Assembly (NCBI GenBank): GCA_937899735.1
Contig: CALBQZ010000164.1
Coordinates: 1-63,112, forward strand
Source: an uncultured Clostridia bacterium
GTDB lineage: Bacteria; Bacillota; Clostridia; Oscillospirales; Acutalibacteraceae
Length of the DNA: 63,112 bases
Direction of reading: 5' to 3'
Both the position numbers and the translations under genes were made by a program. A model generated the notes under the pieces. The model saw only the letters and a program-made list of their open reading frames with translations. It searched no databases and was not told the origin of the DNA. Shown piece after piece: positions 56,692 to 63,112 of the stretch (its first letter is position 1; every line of letters begins with the position of its first letter).

Positions 56692-57882
56692 ATGGCAAAA
56701 TTCTTATTTACATCTGAATCAGTTACAGAAGGTCATCCTGATAAAATCTGTGACAAAATTTCTGATTCTATTCTTGACGCAATGCTTGCACAGGACCCAA
56801 TGTCACGTGTTGCTTGTGAAACAACAGTAACAACAGGACAAGTTCTTGTTATGGGTGAAATCACATCAAAGGCTCAGGTTAATATTCCTGAAATCGTTAG
56901 AAACACAATTCTTGAAATCGGTTATGATGATAGTGCAAAGGGCTTTGACGGAAATACTTGTGCAGTTCTCGTGGCACTCGACAAGCAGTCATCTGACATT
57001 GCTCTTGGTGTTGACAATTCAATGGAAATCAAAGAAGGTAATAATGATTTCTATAACCTTAATGGTGCTGGTGACCAAGGTATGATGTTCGGTTTTGCTT
57101 GTGACGAAACACCTGAACTTATGCCAATGCCAATTTCCCTTGCTAACAAGCTTGCTGTTCAGCTCACAAAGGTCAGAAAAGACGGTACTCTCCCTTATCT
57201 TCGTGCTGACGGTAAAACTCAGGTTACTGTTGAATATGACGATGACAGAAATCCGGTGAGAATCGACGCAATCGTTGTTTCATCACAGCACAGTGCTGAT
57301 GTTGAACTTGAACAGATTCGTGAAGATATCAAGAAGAATGTTATTAAACCAATCGTTCCTGCAAATCTTATTGACGAAAACACAAAGATTTTTGTTAACC
57401 CAACAGGTCGTTTTGTAATTGGTGGTCCTATGGGCGACTCAGGTCTTACAGGTCGTAAGATTATCGTTGATACATACGGTGGATATTCTCGTCACGGTGG
57501 AGGTGCTTTTTCAGGTAAGGACCCAACAAAGGTTGACCGTTCAGCTGCTTATGCTGCAAGATATGTTGCTAAGAATATTGTGGCTGCAGGTCTTGCTAAG
57601 AAATGTGAAATTCAGTTAGCTTATGCTATCGGTGTTGCAAAACCTGTTTCAGTTATGGTTGATACATTCGGCACAGGTGTTCTCAAGGATTCAGACCTCG
57701 GTGACATTGTTAACGAAGTATTTGACCTTCGTCCTGCTGCAATTATTGATAATCTCAAACTCCGTAATCCTATCTACAAACAACTTGCTGCATACGGTCA
57801 TGTTGGAAGAACAGATTGCGATGTTATGTGGGAAAAGACAGACAAAGTTGAAATTTTAAAAGAAAAAGCAAAAATTAACTAA
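56692..57882 (+). CDS. metK: S-adenosylmethionine synthase
   Basis: [42 protein letters not shown]. Confidence 0.97.
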   Translation: MAKFLFTSESVTEGHPDKICDKISDSILDAMLAQDPMSRVACETTVTTGQVLVMGEITSKAQVNIPEIVRNTILEIGYDDSAKGFDGNTCAVLVALDKQSSDIALGVDNSMEIKEGNNDFYNLNGAGDQGMMFGFACDETPELMPMPISLANKLAVQLTKVRKDGTLPYLRADGKTQVTVEYDDDRNPVRIDAIVVSSQHSADVELEQIREDIKKNVIKPIVPANLIDENTKIFVNPTGRFVIGGPMGDSGLTGRKIIVDTYGGYSRHGGGAFSGKDPTKVDRSAAYAARYVAKNIVAAGLAKKCEIQLAYAIGVAKPVSVMVDTFGTGVLKDSDLGDIVNEVFDLRPAAIIDNLKLRNPIYKQLAAYGHVGRTDCDVMWEKTDKVEILKEKAKIN

Positions 57883-57964
57883 TTTTAATTTTTGAATAAA
57901 GCATTTAAAAAAACTCATAATAACAATGCACATAAAATGATGCTTTTATTAAGGAGTGAATGTA

Positions 57965-58180
57965 ATGCTTGACAGAATTTCTTTGATTCTTGTTGTAATC
58001 GGTGCTATTAACTGGGGTGCAATCGGTCTCTTTCAATTTGATATTGTTGCCTGGCTCTTTGGCGGTCAGGATGCAATAATCAGCAGAATTGTGTATACAC
58101 TTGTTGCTCTTGCAGGTATTTGGTGCTTGTCACTTTTATTCCGTCGCAACGAGATGCTTGCAACAAATGACGAAATGTAA
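57965..58180 (+). CDS. DUF378 small membrane protein
   Basis: ATG at 57965 (AAGGAG 8 nt upstream). VIGAINWGAIGLFQFDIVAWLFGG is the DUF378 signature. Confidence 0.8.
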   Translation: MLDRISLILVVIGAINWGAIGLFQFDIVAWLFGGQDAIISRIVYTLVALAGIWCLSLLFRRNEMLATNDEM

Positions 58181-58190
58181 AAATTAAAGT

Positions 58191-58222
58191 AAACTCTTCT
58201 ATTTTGAAGAGTTTATTTTTTT
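58191..58222 (+). terminator. intrinsic terminator
   Basis: AAACTCTTC (58191..58199) pairs with GAAGAGTTT (58206..58214), followed by ATTTTTTT. Confidence 0.8.
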
Positions 58223-58274
58223 GTTGATTTTTAGTTTTCTTGTATAGTGTGACCATTCAGTACAATTAGATAAA

Positions 58275-58309
58275 TAAAAAATACCGAGAAGTTAGATTGC
58301 TTCTCGGTT
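58275..58309 (-). terminator. intrinsic terminator after rqcH
   Basis: The minus strand reads ACCGAGAAG..CTTCTCGGT followed by ATTTTTT. The hairpin begins at the stop codon. Confidence 0.75.
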
Positions 58310-60062
58310 ATTTTTCTGCTTTTAAGTTCTCTACAATTTCCTTTGTAGGTGTTACATAAATTGTGTTATATGTGTTATATATTACCTTACCCGGCTTTGC
58401 ACCAGTAGGTTTTTTCACATTTTTAATGAGAGTATAGTCAACAGGAACTGTGGAAGAATCCTTTGCTTTACTGTGATATGCAGCAATACAAGCAGCCTCA
58501 AAAATCGCAGTTTCTGTGATTTCTTTTTTATCGGCAATAATTACAGTGTGTGAACCTGCGTGTTTTTGAACATGTAGCCACATATCATAATTCATAGCAG
58601 TTTTTAATGTTAAAATATCGTTCTGGACATTATTTCTGCCCACAAGGATTTTAAACCCGTCACTTGACGTAAACTCCATTGGTGGCAATGGCTTTTCTTT
58701 TTTCTGCTTATTTCCCTTTTTTCGTTTAAGGTATCCACCCTGCTCCAACTCTTCACGGATTTCGGCAATTTCACGTTCAGTTTCTGCTCGTGTGAGATTA
58801 TCAATTACAGTATCAAGGTAAACAAGCTCCTGCTCACCATCTTCAATAAGAGTATGGAGTAATCTTTCTGCATTAACCGCTTTTTTGTACTCCTTGAAAT
58901 ACCTTTGAGCATTCTGTAATGGACTTAAAGCAGGATTTGCAGGAATTTCAATAATATTGTTATTGTCATAGTAATTTTCAAGCTTATAAACAGATGCCTT
59001 TTCAGTCAGACGATATTGATTTGCTGTAATGAGTTCAGCATAAATGCGGATTTGCTCACGATTTTCACTTTTCTGGAGTTCAAGCCTTCTGTTATTGATT
59101 TTTCTTGATGTTCTTTCGATTGCACTATTAAGAAGTTTAAACAAATCAGAGGCTTTACGCTTGATTCTGTTCAATTTATCCTTTTCAAAATAAAAATCAT
59201 CAAGCAATTCCGATATAGAATCATATTCTTTCTTATTTAAGGCATTGCCATATTGACGAATATTTGAAAAAGAAAAATCAAATGGTAAGCCGTCAGCAGA
59301 CTCAATTACAAAGAATTTATTGTTATTAATAATCTCTGTTTTAATTACATTGATTTCGTTTTCTAATCTTTCCTTTTCAATTTCCGATAACAAACCAACC
59401 TGTTTATCACCAAAAATTGTTCTGTACGCAATTTCCCTGCCAACAATTGGAGAAAAGCCTTCAACACATTCTAAAACTGCCTTTGAAAGCATCTTTTCAG
59501 GATGTGAAAGAATTTTTTGTGTAATTAGCTGTACATCATCATTGATAACATCACATTTTTCCTGTAATGGTGGTAATTCGTATTTAAGTCCAGGTAAGAT
59601 TTCCCTGACAGATGATTTTTCTTCATCCACTCTTTTTACTGCGTCAATGATTTTATAATCGACATCGCAAAGAATAATGTTACTCCGTTGTCCCATTATT
59701 TCGCAGATTAAATAGTACTTTGTTTTGTCACCGATTTCCGTTGTACCATCGAATTCAAAAATAAGAATTCTGTCATTTTTAATCTGTTTAATATCAGTAA
59801 GTGTTGCACCACAAAGTCGTTTGCGTAAAAGCATACAAATCATCGGTGGGACTTTTGGATTTTCAAGATTATAACGGCTTAAATGTACACGAGGACTCTG
59901 TCCGTCACAGGAGAGATACAATCTGTATCCACCATTTCGGGTACGCAGAATAAACACCAACTCATTTCGTGAGGGCTGGTGTATTTTTTCGATTTTCGAG
60001 CCTAGAATATAGTTTTTAAGCTCATTTTTTACAAGTCCTAATGTAATTCCGTCAAGTGCCAT
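58308..60062 (-). CDS. rqcH: ribosome quality-control protein RqcH (NFACT / FbpA family)
   Basis: ATG at 60062. MALDGITL..KIEKIHQP N-terminus, a central coiled coil, and a C-terminal NFACT-R domain (GRNNVQND..WLHV..AGSH). Confidence 0.85.
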   Translation of the reverse strand: MALDGITLGLVKNELKNYILGSKIEKIHQPSRNELVFILRTRNGGYRLYLSCDGQSPRVHLSRYNLENPKVPPMICMLLRKRLCGATLTDIKQIKNDRILIFEFDGTTEIGDKTKYYLICEIMGQRSNIILCDVDYKIIDAVKRVDEEKSSVREILPGLKYELPPLQEKCDVINDDVQLITQKILSHPEKMLSKAVLECVEGFSPIVGREIAYRTIFGDKQVGLLSEIEKERLENEINVIKTEIINNNKFFVIESADGLPFDFSFSNIRQYGNALNKKEYDSISELLDDFYFEKDKLNRIKRKASDLFKLLNSAIERTSRKINNRRLELQKSENREQIRIYAELITANQYRLTEKASVYKLENYYDNNNIIEIPANPALSPLQNAQRYFKEYKKAVNAERLLHTLIEDGEQELVYLDTVIDNLTRAETEREIAEIREELEQGGYLKRKKGNKQKKEKPLPPMEFTSSDGFKILVGRNNVQNDILTLKTAMNYDMWLHVQKHAGSHTVIIADKKEITETAIFEAACIAAYHSKAKDSSTVPVDYTLIKNVKKPTGAKPGKVIYNTYNTIYVTPTKEIVENLKAEK

Positions 60063-60070
60063 AAAACCTC

Positions 60071-60814
60071 TTAAATTGCCATTATCGGCGAATTCTGTTT
60101 TGCCAAAATGCAATTCACATTAAATTCTCTTTTTATTTTTTCCGCAAGTGGCATAATTGATATATTTTCAGTTTCAAAATGACCTGCAGCAACTAACAAC
60201 ATACCCATTTCATTTGCATCAAGAAAAGCATGGTGGGAAGCATCACCTGTTAATAATGCATCACAATCAAACTCTTTTGCCATATCAAGATAATCACATC
60301 CCGAGCCGCTGCAAACAGCTATATTTCTGATTTTCTTATTTATTTTATTATATCTGACAGTACAATCAAGTGTCCTTTTAACTGTGTTTATAAAAGCATC
60401 AACAGACACAGGACTATCATATTTTCCTATATTAAGACAGGTGTCATCAATTTTAATATAACTATTCAAGCCAATAGTGTTGCAGAGAATATCATTAACC
60501 CCACCAACAGCCTTATCATAGTTTGTATGAGCACAAATAATGCTGATTCCATTATTTATCAATTTGTAAATAATACTGTCGTTCAAAACATTTGAAACAG
60601 GCTTAAAAATTACAGGATGGTGAGTAACAACAAGGTCAGCACCATATTCAATAGCTTGTTCAACTATATCAGTTGTAGCATCCAATGCAAACAATATACT
60701 GGTAACTTCATTATTTTCATTGCCAACAAGAAGACCTGAATTATCCCACTCTTCCTGACTTTCAAAAGGAGCAATACTGTTAATAAAATTATAAATATCC
60801 TTTACTGTTGCCAT
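60071..60814 (-). CDS. Nif3-like dinuclear metal-centre protein (YqfO family)
   Basis: DNSGLLVG, LVVTHHP, AGHFETE. Confidence 0.9.
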   Translation of the reverse strand: MATVKDIYNFINSIAPFESQEEWDNSGLLVGNENNEVTSILFALDATTDIVEQAIEYGADLVVTHHPVIFKPVSNVLNDSIIYKLINNGISIICAHTNYDKAVGGVNDILCNTIGLNSYIKIDDTCLNIGKYDSPVSVDAFINTVKRTLDCTVRYNKINKKIRNIAVCSGSGCDYLDMAKEFDCDALLTGDASHHAFLDANEMGMLLVAAGHFETENISIMPLAEKIKREFNVNCILAKQNSPIMAI

Positions 60815-61479
60815 TGTTTCAACTCCCCTACTAATTTTTCAAGCTCTGCACATTCCTTGTCTGCATTTTTAAGTGCAACAAGTTTTTTATTATATTTATT
60901 ATAGATTTTTGCAAGGTATTTTTTTGATAGATTGTCGTTGTTATATGGTAATTTTCCAACAATCAAATCAAGGTCAGTATATGCTGTCGGACCATTATAG
61001 AAATAGACACTCAAAATTATGTATAATTTGTCACCATCTTCTGCAACAACTTCCTTGTCGATAACAAAGCCATTATCAAAGAGTGTTTTACGAAGCTCCT
61101 CAATATGTGTCATTGGTTGAAGAATCAAGTGTACATCCTCATTTTTAAGCCATTGTGTTCTTTCAATGAACAGTGAAATCAGTAATCCACCCATACCTGC
61201 AACGGCAATTTCTTCGACTTCGTTTTCTTTAAAGCTATCAAGACCATCCGAAAGACGAAGCTCAATTTGCTCTGTGAAACCGTATGAAACCACAGCATCT
61301 TTTGCATTTTCAAGAGGTCCGACTCTTAAATCAGCAGCAACAGCCTTTTTAGTTATTCCTTTTTCGACAAGATAAACCGGAAGGTATGCATGGTCTGTTC
61401 CGACATCAGCAAAAATCTTATTTTCTCTGACCAAGTTCGCAATAGCCATAAGACGACTGTCAAGCTTCATACTACTCAC
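60802..61479 (-). CDS. trmK: tRNA (adenine22-N1)-methyltransferase
   Basis: ADVGTDHAYLPVYLV..GPLENA..LRLSDGL. 13-nt overlap with the nif3-like gene. Confidence 0.85.
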   Translation of the reverse strand: MSSMKLDSRLMAIANLVRENKIFADVGTDHAYLPVYLVEKGITKKAVAADLRVGPLENAKDAVVSYGFTEQIELRLSDGLDSFKENEVEEIAVAGMGGLLISLFIERTQWLKNEDVHLILQPMTHIEELRKTLFDNGFVIDKEVVAEDGDKLYIILSVYFYNGPTAYTDLDLIVGKLPYNNDNLSKKYLAKIYNKYNKKLVALKNADKECAELEKLVGELKQWQQ

Positions 61480-61494
61480 CTCTTTTGAACAAAA

Positions 61495-61517
61495 TCCCCC
61501 TACTGAACATAGGGGGA
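61495..61517 (-). terminator. stem-loop after the DUF1858 gene
   Basis: The minus strand reads TCCCCCT-ATGTTCAGT-AGGGGGA followed by TTTTGTT. Confidence 0.6.
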
Positions 61518-61528
61518 ATGTTTTTTAA

Positions 61529-61741
61529 TTATTTGTTTGCGTTTTCTTTAAGAAATTCATTGATACCTTCAACAAACTCGTCAGGGTCAACACCGTGTAC
61601 CATACAAGCCTGTTCAACTGTTTCACCTCTTGCTGATGGACAGCCAAGGCAATGCATTCCAAGATTCAAAAAGAATGGAACAGTTTCTCTTGCATTATCA
61701 AGAATTTCTCCGATATTCATATCTTTTGTTACCTGAAACAT
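61529..61741 (-). CDS. DUF1858 / hybrid-cluster-protein-associated redox-disulfide small protein
   Basis: 70 aa with GMHCLGCP CxxC and the ETVEQAC..HGVD pattern. Confidence 0.7.
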   Translation of the reverse strand: MFQVTKDMNIGEILDNARETVPFFLNLGMHCLGCPSARGETVEQACMVHGVDPDEFVEGINEFLKENANK

Positions 61742-61744
61742 CTT

Positions 61745-63112
61745 TTATTCTCCTTTAACAACTGATACAGCAACTTTCTTGTCATTTACATTAAACTCAC
61801 TTGTGTAATCTGCATTCATATCTTCATTGATAAGAACAGCGTCAGCAAGAAGTTCACCTGCAATATAAGCAAGCTTTTCATTAAGTGCATTTACAACGAA
61901 CTCATCATCAACTGCGATTGCAACCTTGATTCTCTGTTCAACCTGATAACCTGCATCCTTACGAGCAACCTGGCACTGACGGATAATATCACGAACAACG
62001 CCTTCTTTAAGGAGTTCATCAGTAAGAACGATGTCAAGAGCAACAACGCCGCCCTCAGCGAATTCAGCAGAAACAACACCAGCCTTTGTCTTTGTCTGTA
62101 CTGCAAAGATTGATGAATCGAATTTTTCGTCCCAACCCGGAACTTCAACTTCACCACCGGCAACAACAGCTGCTGTAAGAGCACTCATTTCGTCTGCTGA
62201 AAGTCCTTCAAGAGTCTGCTTCATCTTGTTTACATTCTGCTTGAGAACTGCACCTGCAACCTTAAAGTTAACTGCAAGGAACTGGTCTTCAAGAACATTG
62301 ATATCATCAATATATTCAACAGTCTTGATGTTAAGTTCATCAAGAATATTCTTCTCAAAAGTCTTGATTTTATCAGCTTTATCCTTATCACAGCAAATGA
62401 AGATTTTTGAAAGTGGCTGACGAACTTTAATCTGCTGTTCGTTACGAAGTCTCATTGCTGTAGCAATTACTTCACGAACAAGAGCAGTCTGTTCAATAAC
62501 GCCATCATCTTCAACACCTTCAAGAACAGTTGGCCAGTCGCTGAGATGTACTGACTCAGCAACAGATGAATCACACTTCTTAATAAGATTCTGCCAGATG
62601 TGTTCTGTCATAAATGGTGTGATTGGAGCTATTGTCTGAACACAAACCTTAAGAGCATTAAAGAGTGTCCAGTAAGCAACCATCTTATCCTGCTGGTCTT
62701 CTGTCTTCCAGAAACGACGACGGTTTGTTCTGATATACCAGTTAGAAATATCATCAACAAACAATTCAAATTCTTTGATAAGTGCAGCAGATTTATAATC
62801 ATCCATAGCTGCAGTTGCTTTATTAATATACTCGTTTGTTCTTACAACAAGCCATTTATCAATTGGAGTTAATTTTGAGAAATCAACTTTATACTCAGCA
62901 AAGTTTGGTTTGTCAAGCTGTGCATAGGTATCAAAGAATGTATAAATATTCCAGAAACCAAGCATCTTTCTTCTTGCTTCGTCACCAAGGTTATAACCAA
63001 AACGAACGTCGTTTGTAGTTGGTGCACTTGCATAGAGATAACGAACAGTATCAGCACCGATTTTTTCAGCAGCTTCATCAAACTTAATCATAAAGCCTGT
63101 TTTTGAGAACTT
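61745..63112 (-). CDS. ileS: isoleucine--tRNA ligase, C-terminal part (gene continues past the right edge)
   Basis: The frame stays open to the window end. KFSKT (a KMSKS variant) sits at the edge, followed by GADTVRYLY, an anticodon-binding domain and a type-2 C-terminus. Confidence 0.9.
   Translation of the reverse strand, partial: KFSKTGFMIKFDEAAEKIGADTVRYLYASAPTTNDVRFGYNLGDEARRKMLGFWNIYTFFDTYAQLDKPNFAEYKVDFSKLTPIDKWLVVRTNEYINKATAAMDDYKSAALIKEFELFVDDISNWYIRTNRRRFWKTEDQQDKMVAYWTLFNALKVCVQTIAPITPFMTEHIWQNLIKKCDSSVAESVHLSDWPTVLEGVEDDGVIEQTALVREVIATAMRLRNEQQIKVRQPLSKIFICCDKDKADKIKTFEKNILDELNIKTVEYIDDINVLEDQFLAVNFKVAGAVLKQNVNKMKQTLEGLSADEMSALTAAVVAGGEVEVPGWDEKFDSSIFAVQTKTKAGVVSAEFAEGGVVALDIVLTDELLKEGVVRDIIRQCQVARKDAGYQVEQRIKVAIAVDDEFVVNALNEKLAYIAGELLADAVLINEDMNADYTSEFNVNDKKVAVSVVKGE

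Noticed and set aside
56492-56830. 112-aa plus-strand ORF upstream of and overlapping metK.
   Set aside because: It runs through the SAM-I riboswitch and its terminator, then into metK in another frame.
1-63112. Looked for CRISPR repeats, IS elements and transposases, integrases, phage modules, toxin-antitoxin pairs, restriction-modification or other defence genes, and tRNA, rRNA or tmRNA genes.
   Set aside because: None was seen. Coding density is very high, every intergenic region above 100 nt is accounted for by promoters, terminators or riboswitch leaders, and all large ORFs have housekeeping-type assignments. This by-eye scan could miss short or degenerate repeats.

Overview
The window reads as low-GC, spore-forming Clostridia chromosome. 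A dockerin-bearing protein hints at a Ruminococcaceae/Oscillospiraceae-like organism. It is densely packed with about 60 intact core genes, mostly cell envelope, translation, RNA modification and sporulation functions. I found no rRNA or tRNA genes, CRISPR arrays, transposases, integrases, phage genes or recognisable defence islands.

A roughly 29.6-kb run of minus-strand genes (53266 down to 23698) includes a block collinear with the Bacillus subtilis yloC-remA-gmk-rpoZ-priA-def-fmt-rsmB-rlmN-prpC-prkC-cpgA-thiN-spoVM region. Two classical riboswitches are clearly readable: FMN upstream of ribU and SAM-I upstream of metK. A consensus promoter carrying a perfect 7-1-7 Fur-family operator sits upstream of a perR-like/reverse-rubrerythrin pair.

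I did not find a convincing novel multi-gene system such as a defence island. The most interesting items are:
- An unannotated two-gene small-protein locus, below the ORF-track cutoff, encoding a 47-aa membrane peptide and a 28-aa SpoVM homologue.
- An MreB paralogue with a degenerate phosphate-2 ATP-binding loop, placed between typA and a secreted ceramidase-like hydrolase.
- A WalRK-like two-component system preceded by an FG-GAP/VCBS-like membrane protein, in the position where glmM normally follows cdaA-cdaR.
- A dockerin-tagged peptidoglycan hydrolase.
- A DUF3842 gene and an orphan ECF S-component separated by a structured 190-nt spacer that matches no riboswitch class I recognise.

All product calls come from reading the translated ORFs by eye. 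No database search was run.
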